Assembly (NCBI RefSeq): GCF_009914755.1
Contig: NC_060930.1
From: the human T2T-CHM13v2.0 reference genome, Homo sapiens
DNA: 64,000 nucleotides
Strand: one strand, 5' to 3'
The translations under genes were made by a program, and so were the position numbers. Each line of letters starts with the position of its first letter. Within the stretch, counting starts at the first letter, position 1. The notes under the pieces were generated by a model that was not told the origin of the DNA, made no database searches, and saw only the letters and a program-made list of their open reading frames with translations. Shown here piece by piece: positions 30,800-46,719 of the stretch.

Positions 30800-31605
30800 C
30801 CTTTTATTTTAGAACAGTTTTAGATTTTAGATTTAAATTGGGAAGACAGTAGAGATTTCCTATCTAACCCACACCCAGCTCCCGTATTAGTAACTAACAT
30901 CTTGCATTAGTATGGTATATTACAATTAATGAACCAATACTGTTATTTTATTATTAACTTAATTCATGCTTTATTCCAGTTCCCTTAGTTTCTACCCAAT
31001 GTCCGTTTTCTATTCCAGTATCCCATCCAGAATACCACATTACATTCTGTTGCCATGAGTTTCTCAGATTTTCCATGTTTTTGATGACCTTGACAGTTTT
31101 GAGGAATACTGGTCAAGCGTTTTGTAGAATGTACCTCAACTGAGATTTGTCTCATGTTTTTCTCATGATTAACTTGGTATTACAGGTGTTTTGAGAGGAA
31201 GACCACAGAAATGAAATGCCATTCTTATTACATCATATCAAGCATATATTCTAACAATATGATTTATGACAACTAATGTTGACCTTGGCCAACTGGCTGG
31301 GGTAGTATTTGTCTAGTTTCTCCTCTGTAAAGTCCTTCCTTACCCCCTTTCCACACTGTACTCTTTGAAGGAAGTCACTCTGCACAGCTCACAATGAAGG
31401 AGTGGGGAGCTATGCTTCCCCTCTTTGAGAGTTGTGTATGTACACAAATTATTTGGAATTCTTCTGCATGGGAGATTTGTCTATTCTCCCCTATTTATTT
31501 ATTTATTGAATTATTTATATCAGTATAGCTTCATGGATATTTATTTTAGACTTTGGGCTAAAAAACAATACTACTTTATTTTATTGTTCAAATTGTTCCA
31601 GCTTC
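30800..31605 (-). mobile_element. Old L1M fragment
   Basis: Antisense L1M 3'UTR-like motifs, e.g. TTTTTGATGACCTTGACAGTTTTGAGGAATACTGGTCA. Confidence 0.7.
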
Positions 31606-32049
31606 TAGAAGTTATATTTTTATAGAGAAGATATGTTTTTAAATATAAAAACACTTTAAAAAAATGAAGTCAACAGGATAAAATATTTTTAAATTTTCCT
31701 TAATGGGTGTTCTTTGTACCATGTTTCCATCAAATAACATTCTGATTGAAATCTAAAAATTAGTGTTTGTATTTTAAGTGCTAAGATCAGAGAAAAAGTC
31801 ACAAGTTTCCCAGACTGAGTTAGGCAACATGTGACTCAGAGTTATAAGGAATACCTTTCCCATTCCTGCATTGCAACCAGTGTTACAGTTACAGAAGTGA
31901 CTAGTGTAACTTCCCCTCCTGGGTTCCAGCTGCCAGGACTTACTTTAGTTCTTTTAACATATCCTTCCCACCAAAGATAAGTTTTTTGAACAGTTTCCCC
32001 ATGAGTGCTCCCCCCACCCCAACTTGTGCCTTTTATTCATGTCTTTATA

Positions 32050-32399
32050 ATATTTATTGGTTGGCTGGTGCAATTGCAGAGGTTGGCAAGTCTGAAATTT
32101 GTAGAGCAGGCCAGCAGGCTGGAAACTCAGGCAGGAGTTAATGCTACATTCTAGGGACATTTTTTTCTTCTCTGGAAACTTCAGTTTTTGCTGACAAGCT
32201 TTTCAACTGATTGGGCAAGGCCCACCCATGTTATGAGGGGGAACTGTACAATCAGTTGTCATTTAAGCCAATCAGTCAACTGATGGTTGGTGTCAACCAT
32301 ATCTTCAGAATACCTTCACTACAACATCTAGACTCATGTTTGATTAAATAACTGGGTGCCATAACCTTGGCAAGTTGACACCTGAAATTGGCCATCACA
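32050..32399 (-). mobile_element. MLT2-like ERVL LTR fragment
   Basis: GGCAAGTCTGAAATTTGTAG...CAAGTTGACACCTGAAATTGGCCATCACA. Confidence 0.7.
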
Positions 32400-33950
32400 G
32401 TGACCAAGACAGAAAGTGTAATGAGCAGGAAAGCACCCCAGTGACAGGACAGTGAAAGATGAGCCTGGAGACGGGGAGTGGGAGGAGTGCTTTGACAGAA
32501 TGGTCAAGAGAGATGGCATCTGGGTGGAGATATGAAAAGATGTAAAAGAAGGGAAGGAACCAGTTCTGCCAAGAATTTATACTTCTACAATTTCCCAGAT
32601 GATATTGATGCTGTTGCCCTGGAGCCCATACTTTGAGAACCACAGAGTAAGGGTATACCTCTGTTATTATCCAATGAATCCTGAGAAAGCCCATTAATAT
32701 CTCAGTGTGACCATTTTTTCTCAAAATTCCTACCTCACATGCTCTGAGGGGCTGGCAGCTTTTCTGGGAAGGTAAAATCTCAAGAGGGAGGCTTTGAATG
32801 ATTCCAGGACAAAGTGAAGATAACATACTACCGCAGGTAAAGTCTAGGTTTACTTGGAGGTGGCTCAAAACACAAATCCTGTCAATTTTAATGACACATG
32901 AGGCCATGACTCTGGGTCGTCACTCTGGGCAAGCCATTGAACCCATTAGAACCTCAGTTTTCCCATCTGTACAAAAAGAGGTGATAATGGGTAAGCAATC
33001 CTGGACTGCATTGTGGTAGTGCCATCAAGCAATGAGATTTGTCAGGAAGGAAGTGTGATTCAAGTACAGGCACTTTGTTATCTGATGCCTGTGTGTTGAG
33101 TGTGAAGGAGGGGTTAATTATTCCTCTATTCATGTCCTTTCTATTCTCAAAATTTCTTATGTGGGAGGAAAATCTTGGTGCGGTAAAGATCACAGCCACC
33201 CTGGGGTCAGACAGAGGACTGTGTCAAGCTTGGTAAGCGTCACCATTCAGGTGAGTGGGAAAGAGACTGAACCCCATTAAACCAGATGACCTCCAAGGCC
33301 CTGCCCGCCCCAACATCTGAGGGCTGCCTGGCTTGTCTGCACAGGGTGCTCACAGTACTCCTGACTTTGACATAATTTTAACATTAAAGTCACAAGGATG
33401 CCCTGGATCACAACTGCTGGAGAAGAGATGGTAGTGGGATTTGTTTCCCAGGAGACTTTCTGATTCTAGTGGGGCCAGGACCAACCTCCAAAATAAGAGG
33501 TCTTTGCAACTGCTGCGAGCCTCCTGGCACCTCTACCCTCTAGCGAGAGGCTGCCTCTCCTGCCCCACCCCGGTTTCAAGCACGCTGCAGGGCAGGAACT
33601 CACTGTGCTGGCAAAGGTGAGCTGGAGACCTGGCACGGCATAAAGCTTTTTTAACTGACCCTTTTTAATTTCATCTTCCCTGGACTTAATCTAGAGAGTC
33701 ATTGATGAAACAAACATGCCATTTTCTCCCGATTTCACGCTTTTAAATGTCAACAACAAACAAACGTTTATATACACAAATGTTGCTGAAGGAGACTTTT
33801 GGCTTTAGACAAGGGTAAAAACTGAACCTCTTAGTGTGACTTTGGTTGATTTTTTAAAAAATCTGTAATTTGACATATAAAGAATTATTAAGACTTTTTT
33901 TTTTTTTTCTGGTAGGCATTGAATGTGTCCTTGAAAAGAAAAAAAATATG

Positions 33951-36340
<2,390 letters not shown>

Positions 36341-38396
36341 CCCAAAAGGTGAAGTGTTGGTGAGGATGTGGAGAAAAGGGAACCCTTATTACACAATTAG
36401 TGGGAATGTAAATTAGTGCAGCCATTTTGGAAAATAGCCAAGGAAAATTTTTTTATTGAGTCAGATGATGTTACCTTACAGCAATAGCTTCCAAAGGGGA
36501 TGTCCTGAATAGTAGAACTTCTCTTTACATTTTCAAACCTCTTTTTACTTTCTGATTTTGAGTTTCATAATGAACATGTATCAATACAATAGCACACTAT
36601 GTATTTTATAAATGAACAAATATGGGAAAAATAAGATATGTTCACTTTCCTGGCTGACCCTAGTTAGTCTAAACTATCAGTTATAGGATCCATTTGTTCT
36701 AAATATTGAAGGCATTGTTGGGGGCAGTGGGGAGGGTGAATGATAGACGCAAATTCCTTGAAGGAATAGAAATGTGACTACTATGCTGAAAAGCAGGACC
36801 CATGGAGTATAAATAGAGTATTCACTGTGCTTTTACATTTGTTTCCCTGGAGGAAACGTAAAACAAATCTCAAGACTTTCTGGTCATTTCTAAGTCATAA
36901 ACGGCCACTAGTCACTAATTTATATAACCAGCCCAATGTAAATATCAAACGTGTGAGTTTCATTTCATCTCACAACTCCTCCCCTTTCCCAGTTCTGGCC
37001 CCATACAAGCCCGCTGCCTGCAGTGGGATGGAGGAAGATGGTTTCTTTTTCCTTCCCTCCCATTTATTTGTCTTTGTGCATCTTAAAGCCAGCCTGAATT
37101 TCTACTCCCTACAAGGTTGAAGTGGGTGGGTCAGGAGGTGGGGAGAGAGCTAAGGAACGTTGGCGTGAGTTGTTGTTGTGTTTGAGTCTGGAAGGTGTTG
37201 GGAGCTGCCCCCCCTCACTCAGGGCCTCATTTATGGGCTCTTCGGATAACCCCCATGCTCTAGCACTGGGATCTTGCCCTGTGGATCCCTCCATGCAGGT
37301 GGCACCACACCCTCTGGCTGGTTGTGATGGGCCTTCTCAGCTTTGAGAATTAGCAACACACTTCCTATTGAAGTCATCTGTCCCTGTGGGTAGCCCACTT
37401 GGGCTGGATGCAAACTGAACCTGCACTGATTCTCTCTTGCATGTGGCCCACATGAGCTCCATTTTCCTCCGCAAACTTTGGGTGCACAGCCCCACGACGA
37501 CACAGACAGCTTTTCTTGCGTGCCACCAAAGTGGTGGGCCAGAGTTCTCTTATCCTTAAGATTTTCAGGTGTCACCACGTCCACCAATTCTTGGCAGACA
37601 TGAATCAATACTTCCAAGGGTTTTGGTGAAGCCCTTTTCCCTGGGCTGCAGATGAGGGCAGCCATGTCCTGTCTCTTCCACCTGTTGTGGAAGGGGTTCA
37701 TGGCAAACATCTTCGAACATCCTCTAATTTCCCAATTCTTGATCCTTTCGTATGCTTGATGTGTGAGAGAGAAGAGAGAAGAGAGAAACGCTTCTTGCTG
37801 CTTTTTTTTTTTTTAATCCCACATGGTGACCTTAGACTTTACTTTGGAATGTGCCATTTAATATCTGGGGACCTCAGCCCAACACAGGGACTAAATAGCT
37901 CTGTTTTAACATTTTGTTTATATACACACATTCATTTGACCAAATGAACATGTTCCAGCTTTTTTAACCCTTGCCCAGCAAATCACTTAATTCAGTTAAT
38001 AAAAAGACTAAAATAATGAGGCCAACCTTATTGGCCACGAACATCTGTTGGGTATTCCTAAATTGATCCCTGAGTTAATCTCCACCTTTAAGGAGTTTAT
38101 AATTTTATTTGGCAAATTGATGTTATAATGAAATTCCTGGGCATGAAAAAAACCTAACTATGTAATGTTGGATAGTGTGAGTTTTCCCAAAAGTACCAGT
38201 ATAAGCAATAAATGCTATAACTGATCATGAATTGTTTACAGTGATTGAGTAGAATCATTGCATCTGGTCATGAATAGAAAGAGCACCTCCCAGACGGCTG
38301 GTCTGCTGCCAGGTGTGCAGTTTTAGGGGTCTCCACACTCATTCTATTCACATCTTTTGACTTTATCAGCTGTGTGGTGGATCTGTGGTTACAGGC

Positions 38397-38760
38397 TGAT
38401 GTGGTTTGGCTGTGACCTCGCTCAAATCTCATCTTGAATTGTAGCTCCCATAATTCCCACGTGTCATGGGAGGGATCCAGTCGGAGGTAATTGAATCACG
38501 GGGGCGGGTCTCTCCCGTGCTGTTCTCGTGGTAATGAATAAGTCTCACGAGATCTGATGGTTTTATAAATGGGAGTTCTCTTTCACGAGCTCTCTTGCCT
38601 GCCGCCATGTAAGAAGCGCCTTTGCTCTTCCTTTGTCTTCTGCCATGATTGTGAGGCCTTCCCAGCCATGTGGAACTGTGAGTCCATTAAACCTCTTTCC
38701 TTTATAAATTACCCAGTCTTGGATATGTCTTTATTAGCAGTGTGAAAATGGACTAATACA
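38397..38760 (+). mobile_element. THE1-family (ERVL-MaLR) solo LTR, full length
   Basis: Begins TGATGTGGTTTGGCTGTG...CAAATCTCATCTTGAATTGTAGCTCCCATAATTCCCACG, ends ...GGACTAATACA; 364 bp with TG...CA ends. TSD not clearly retained. Confidence 0.92.
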
Positions 38761-38930
38761 TGAGCCACATTGTTACAGAGTTTCTGAAGGTCATTAAGAG
38801 AAGTCCATGCTGTGGGCTGAGCTGGGACTCAAGAATCTCAAAGGAGAGCCAGTGCAATCAACACGAAGGGCCCATCTTGAACTCCTAAGGCAGGGCAGAG
38901 CTGGGTCTTATGGAGACATGTGGCTTTCAG
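38593..38930 (+). other. ESR1: Candidate ESR1 T1 (to 38677) and T2 (from 38779) untranslated exons
   Basis: TATAAAT 38564-38570; donor ACT|GTGAGT; acceptor TTACAG|AG; 101-nt intron; about 16 kb upstream. The TSS and T2 3' end (CAG|GTAATC at 38931) are inferred. Confidence 0.55.
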
Positions 38931-39666
38931 GTAATCCAGTGAGCACCTGTGTTTTCCTCCTATAATTCTTGAGGAATGGATATTGTTCTATATTTCAGAT
39001 AGTATAATAATAAATACCTGGAAAATACTGTATGACCCCAAACAACAGGTAAAATGTCAAAAAAAACCTTTTATCTACACAAAGTTAGACAACAAATTCA
39101 AATAATCTTATCCGTTTATTCATTCTCTTCCAATACAATCATGTATCATTTAATGATGGGGATGAGTTTGGAGGAAGGTGTTGTTAGGAGATTTTGTCAT
39201 GGTGCAAACATCATCAAGTATACTTATGCCAACCTCAGTGGTATAGCCTACTACACATCTAGGCTTGGATAGTACAGCCTGTTGCTCCTAGGCTATAAAC
39301 CTGTACAGCATGTTACTGTCCTGAATACTGCGGCAACTATAAAATAATGGTAAGTATTTGTATATCTAAACACACTTCAACATAGAAAAGGCACAGTGAA
39401 AATATGGTATAAGAGATAAAAAATGGTCCACCTGTACAAGGCACTTGCCAGAATGGAGCTTGCAGGACTGGAAGTTGCTCTGGGAGAGTCAGCGAATGGC
39501 TGATGAGTGAATGTGAAGGCCTAGGGCATTATTGTATGCTACTGTAAACTTTATAAACACTGTGCACTTAGGATACACTAAATTTATTAAAAATTTTTCT
39601 TTCTTCAATCAATAATAAGTGAACATTAGCTTACTGTATTTTTTTTTTTACTTTATAAACTTTAAT

Positions 39667-39956
39667 TTTTTTTTAGAGATAGGGTCTTGCTCTGTTGGCC
39701 AGGCTGGAGTGCAGTGGCACAATCATAGTTCACTACAACATTGAACTCCTAGGCTTAAGCAATCCTCACACCTCAGCCTCCTGGGTAGCTGGTACTGCAG
39801 ACGTACACTACTGCACCCAGCTAATTTTTAAATTTTTTGTAGCGACTGGGTTCTGCTATGTTGACCAGGCTGGTCTTGAACTCCTGACTCAAGCAATCCT
39901 CCTGCCTCAGCCTCCCAGCATGCTGGGATTATAGGTGTGAGCTACTGCACTTGGCC
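39667..39956 (-). mobile_element. AluJ
   Basis: Diverged reverse-complement dimer; TSD TAAACT(T/C)TAATTTTT. Confidence 0.9.
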
Positions 39957-40106
39957 TAAACTCTAATTTTTAAAATCTTCTTGACTGTTTTATAATAACA
40001 CTTAGTTTGAAACACAAACACATTGTACAGCTGTACAAAAATGTTTTCTTTCTTTACATCCTTATTCTATAAGCTTTTTTCTGTTTAAGTTTTTAAAAAT
40101 GTTTTA

Positions 40107-40451
<345 letters not shown>

Positions 40452-42423
40452 CTAGGCCTACCCAGGGTCAGGATCATCAATGTCACTGTCTTCCCCTTCC
40501 ACATCTTGTCCCACTGGAAAGTCCTCAGGGACAGTAACACCCCTGGAGCTGTCATCTCCTCTGATAATAATATGGGCTTCTGGAAGACCTCCAGAAGGAC
40601 CTGCCTCCTGCCTAATGCTGTTTTACAGGTAATATTTTTTTCTAGTAGAAGGAGTACACTAAAATAATGATAAAAACTGTAGTAAAGTAAATATATAAAT
40701 TAGTCATATAGTCATTTATTATCATAATCATTATGTACTGTACATAATTGTATTGCCAGACTTTTATACAACTGGTGGCACAATAGGTTTGCTTACACCA
40801 GCATCACCACACACGTGAGTAATGTGTTGTGCTGTGACATTAGGACAGCTACAATGTCAGGAGGCAATAGGAATTTTTCAGCTCCATTATAACCTTACAA
40901 GACCACTGTCATATCTGCAGTACAAAACATCATTATGTGGTGCATGACTATATTTACTGAGCACCAAATATGTGCCCAGGCAGTGTGCTAGGGGCTGGAA
41001 GTGACCTCGAAGTCTAGTAAAAAAACCACAACAGTAAAACAATATGTGTAATTCAAAGTGACATATCCTGTAATAGCTGGTTGCCTACCTGCTCCCCAGA
41101 GAGAAATTAAACCTGCTTGCTTAACTTATTAATTTTAAATTCATGTACTTGCAATATAAAAACATATTTTAAAACATATTAGGAGAATAGGATGTCTTCT
41201 GTAGTGATAGGCTATTTAATGTTCTCTTCACTGTGTTCTAAAAAAATCGTGATCGAGTGTAACAAAATGGGGAAGGGAGGGTTAGCATAAACTCTCCTTT
41301 GATGTCTATGCTGTGGATCAGAAAACTCATGAATATGTTAACAACTGGATTTTCTCCTAATATGAAAACAACTCTTTGGCTTCTTTTGCAAATGTGAAAA
41401 GTTAACCATAAATATAAGACCTTTTCTTTCCACTAAAACTAGGGCACAATCATTGTTTTCCTCTTATTGGAGTCCAAATGGGTTTCCATAATCTTCAGAT
41501 CTAGTAGTTGTATTTATCGATGACATAAATGGAAAGACTAAAAGATAAAGTTAAGAAAAATTCAGTGGTTTATGGCTTCAACTCTACTGATAATTTTGTA
41601 TATAAAGGGATCCTAAATTAGACTGTACACACATTTGCCATTTGAGTTCCAAGCATTTTAGCAATAGATCAAAAGATCTTAATGCCTGATAGTTGAAAGA
41701 TTACTTCCAAATTTTTTTTATTTTTGTGAAAGCCAAAGTCCTTTTCTCAACATGACAGTCACAATTTTGTCAACAATCTACCCGTTATTTACAAAGGTTT
41801 AAAATCTGATAATAGATATTTACTTGGACTATACAATGTCTCAGTGGGAGCAATAGATGGTTTACAATGGGTCTGAAAATGTTGCAAATAGTCAAAACTG
41901 GCATTGCAACAATTCATTTCCAAAAACACACTAGACTCGTGAGTTTTTGGTTTTTAAGTTTATATAGCTTGCTTCTGGTGTTAACGTTCTCCACACCTAA
42001 GGTGCCAACATGCATGGCTACTCTTTGTCCCCAGAGAAACATTGCTAATTTGTACCAAATTTCAATGATGTGTCAAGCAAACTGTCATTTTGGAATGATA
42101 GTAAGCACGCCTTCAACAACAGCTCTTTATTTCGTCCAAAACCTTTGGGCCACACAATTCTGACCTTTATCACACTCTCAGTACCTTTCATTCATTATTA
42201 GCTTGTGCTTCTGGGGCCCCGGGAATTGTCAACTATGGTCAAAATAATGGAGCAAAATAGCAAGAAGAACTTGCGTTTCCTATATCATTGCATTTAATCT
42301 TTGCAACAACTCTTTGAGGTGGAAATTGCCCCAATTTTATAGATTCAGCTTAAAGACCTTGATTTGTCCAAGATCACACAACCACTAGGAGGTATAATGT
42401 TCAAATAAAAATGTCTGAAAAGA

Positions 42424-42726
42424 GCTGGGTGTGGTGGGTCATGCCTGTAATCCCAGCACGTTGGGAGGCTGAGGTGGGGGGATCACCTGAGGTCAGGAGT
42501 TTGAAACCAGCCTGGGCAACATGGCGAAACCCCGCCTCTACTAAAAATACAAAAATTAGCTGGGTGTGGTGGTGCATACATGTAATCCCAGCTACTTGGG
42601 AGACTGAGGCACGAGAATTGAATGAACCCTGTGAGGCAGAGGTTGCAGTGAGCTGAAATCGCACCACTGCACTCCAGCCCAGGCGGCAGAGTGAGACTCC
42701 ATCTCAAAAAAAAAAAAAAAAAAAAA
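42424..42726 (+). mobile_element. AluS
   Basis: Full dimer with poly-A tail. Confidence 0.95.
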
Positions 42727-43085
42727 TCTGGAAAGATAGATTACTTGGCCTCAATCATAGTAAAAAAGTGTCAGTTAAAACTGCATGGAGAGATACTATT
42801 TTGAAAAGCATCAAAAAGTTCGAAGATCCATCATATTTGTAAGGCTATGGGAGTTTAAATTGTACAGGCGTTATGAAGGCATTTGGTTACATCTACCAAA
42901 ATTAACACCGCACATATTTACTCATGTGCAAATTGACTTATGTACAAATTTACTAATTGTAGCATTGTTGATAATTGTAAAATATTAGGAACACACCTAA
43001 TTGCCATTAATGGGGAACTGGTAAAATAAACTAGAATTCCTCTGTGCATGGAATACTATGCAGTCATCAAAAATGACGAAGATGT

Positions 43086-43430
<345 letters not shown>

Positions 43431-43814
43431 TTATTTAGTGAAATAGAAAGATATCCAAGATATGTTGCTAATAAAAACAAAAAAAAACACATGGCACAAA
43501 TAAGGTGCATGTTACTATCTGGGTCTTTTAAAAAGGGGTGTGGAAGAATGTGTGTGTGTGTTTTCTTCAATATGTGTAGAATATCTCTGGAAGGAAATTT
43601 AAAAACTGGCGACCTCAGCTGTCTCCAGAGAGGGAAAATTGGTGGGTTGCAGGCAGAGGTGAAAGATTTTCCCACTATGACTTTGAAAATATCTTTTCAA
43701 GTTTAAAGCACCAACTGCATTATATATCAAGAGTAAATAAAATACAATTTTAAAATGAAATGGCATTTGTAAAACACTTGATAGATGTTCAGTTAACAGC
43801 CATCAGGATTTATT

Positions 43815-43912
43815 AGTAATTGTGGTTTTTGCCATTAAAAGTAATTTTAAAAGTAATGGTTTTGCCATTAGTTTTAATGACAAAAACCACAATTAGTTTT
43901 GCACCAACCAAA
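43815..43912. mobile_element. MADE1 with internal duplication
   Basis: AGTAATTGTGGTTTTTGCCATT...AAAAACCACAATTAGTTTTGCACCAACC. Confidence 0.8.
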
Positions 43913-46719
43913 TACCTTACGCTTCTGGTGAGGGCTCAGAAGAGAGATCATAAGTAAAGAACACTAGAAAGGATGTTTAATATTATTTCCCTTTTTAAAA
44001 CTGGTGGTTGTCAAAGCAGTCTGAAGGAAAAGTCTCCAGAACTGGTGATCATGTTCACATAGCAGTAGTTTGGAGTCAACAGAAATCATCTTCACCATCA
44101 ACCTAGCTCCGAAAGAGGCCGAGCCAATCTAGTTCCCTTGGCCAACCACCTTCCTCCCAACCTATACGTTGGGGTGATCCACTACAAAGCTCTCAAGAGT
44201 ATACACAATGCTACTACAGTCATTGTGAGTGAGATCTGAAGGGAGCATAGGCTAGGACTCATGAGATTATAGTTCAGAGTTTCTACTGTAATTCCTTTCA
44301 GCAAAGTGAAGAGCATGTCACTGGGGTTACAAGTGTTACTGGCTACTTAGCTAGTGCTAGATTACCCAAAAAAGTAACCGGGTCTCATGGGCAGAGGTGG
44401 GAAAGTCTGTTAAGCACATAGTGAAGGATGAATCTGGGCTGATTGGAAAACATTTGTTTGAATGAATGTAGCATTTATTTCCAAGAATAAGCATGTCCAG
44501 ACTGATTGAGCAAGAGTTATATTTAGTTCAGTCGTTCTGATGTCCATTTTGAGAAAGCTAAACCAGCATGCCAGAAGGGGTCAAAGATCACATTTTGCAT
44601 GAAAGAAAAGCCAATGGAAATGGGACTGTTAGACTTAAACTTTTGGGTATTTTACACTAGGACTTAGAAAGGACTTTATTCCTTTTTATATTTTCTGTCT
44701 CTAGCATTGCAAGTAGCAACAGAGTGAATTTTTGGTATTTGGAATACTCTCTCCTCATTTTTCCTTTGGGAAAATCATTAGCCTATTTGATTTGACTGCT
44801 GTTGAATATGTTCCATGACATCCATAAGTCTACCTTCAGGCATTGCTTGTGCTTGTTTATTACATATGATTAATTGCTTACATAAGAACAATGATGATCC
44901 CTGCAGGGGGAGGAGGGATGTGAAGAACAACTTACTTAGGCATTCCAGGGGCTAACAAGGGATGGTTTGATACAGCTCATTCTTGTTTTGAATCTTCATG
45001 CCTCTTGAGAAAGAAAGGAGCAGAATATGCTTTGCATGGCGCTATGTCCTCCCAGGTCCTATGTTTTCTTTTTTGTATTTTATCAGTTCTCTACGTAAGG
45101 ATTTTCTCAGTTTAATATAATTTCCATTTTTAAAATTCAAATACCTACATATGAGGTGGGAAAGGAAATTAATCAGATGCATTCCTATAAACTGCAGACT
45201 TAAATTAAGACCTTGAGCAAACTGGCATTTTGATGACTTGAGGATTCAGTGGGTGGGACAGTTGTACATCTTGAACTCTGGGTACACTGCCGAAAGCGAG
45301 GCCTGAGAAGGCTGTGTTGAGGAAGGAGTGTCAGTGACTGAGCCTGTTGGAAAGGGAGGCTGAGAGAGATGAGGACACATACGTAAGGGAGAACACATTG
45401 GCTGGCCAGGTGTTTTTTTTTCTGCTGTGGGTTTTGATTAGAATTCTGGGTCTCATTAAGTGACCCATGTTGAATAGAGATTGGATAGGGCTGGCTTGGA
45501 AAGCCCTCAGTGAAGAGATGAACTCGACAGCATGATAAGGAAGTAGATGCAAATTCAGGACAGGAAATGGAGAAGGGCAGGGTGAGAAAAGGGAACAAAT
45601 TTACAATTTGTGCCATTAGCCATTTATTAGAATTTGGTATAAGAATTTGTGGAATTATTGTTTCCTTCTGGATTTATGGTACAAAAACCTACTGACAAGT
45701 GTCACTAAAAGTGATGTCTTTATTCAATTATCAACCAAAAGTTTTACACTAAATTCTTTTGAGTCTTTGAATGTTTATGTTATTTCCAATAATCTTTCCA
45801 GTTCTTTTAAAAGGCTGATTTTTAGGAAGGCTAGCACTTTTTGATCACAGAATAGTTTCCCCAATGAGTATGATAGCTTCAATATCTTTCAAATTAGATT
45901 CTTTTGGAAATTGAACTGTGTCAAATCAAATAAAACAAGTAGGGTTTTTTGCTGTTATTGTTGAAGGTATTATATTTGCAAGTTTGTACAATTTAGCAGA
46001 TATAGGAAAGGTCTAATTTTTTTCTTTAGCTAGAATGTTCAGTTCAAATTATACAGATATAAGCATGAGACCTAAATGAACTCTCTTCTGATGAGTAATG
46101 AATGGAAGGTAGATTACTCATTTCTTCATGTTCAAAAAACAAATTATGTCTCTGAACACAGTTGTTTCAATGTTTTTAACTTATGTTCTCAAGCTCTTCC
46201 CATTTCTTTATCAGTGATTTGGGAATGTGAAGGCAGTCTTGTTGTAGTTTCCAAAGATTTAGGCATTTTTGAGACTCTAAGAATAGTTCATTAAGCCACC
46301 AATTAGTCCCTTAATTTTATTTAAGCTGAGCAAGCAAGGCCCACACTAAAAGTCAGAAGAATGCGGCATCTACCCAGAGAGGCTGAGGGTGGGATAGAAA
46401 GAAGGAGGCACTCCAAGTTTGGAGACACAGATTCTATTCCAGTTCCTCAAGCTGCATGACCTTCAGCAAGTCTCCTGTGTTGTTCAGGACCCCAGTTTCT
46501 TTATAAGTGCAATGAAGAGTTTGGACTCAACAACTTATAAAGAAACATTCATTCTAATTGTCTATTGTGTGAAAAGAATGTGAGTTGTTCTAGAAAATAT
46601 GAATCTGCTCCCCAATTGTCCTCCAAGCTCTGGTTCTAAATTTCAGTTATTATAGTTACTTCTTTCGAGGTAAATCATTGAGGAAGTCAGTTAATGCAGA
46701 GATGATGTCTGGAAGGAGT

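Noticed and set aside
37231-37710. 159-aa minus-strand ORF in non-obvious repeat sequence
   Set aside because: No recognisable protein family in the frames I inspected, and no poly-A or TSD to suggest a processed pseudogene. A tBLASTn/PhyloCSF check would settle it.
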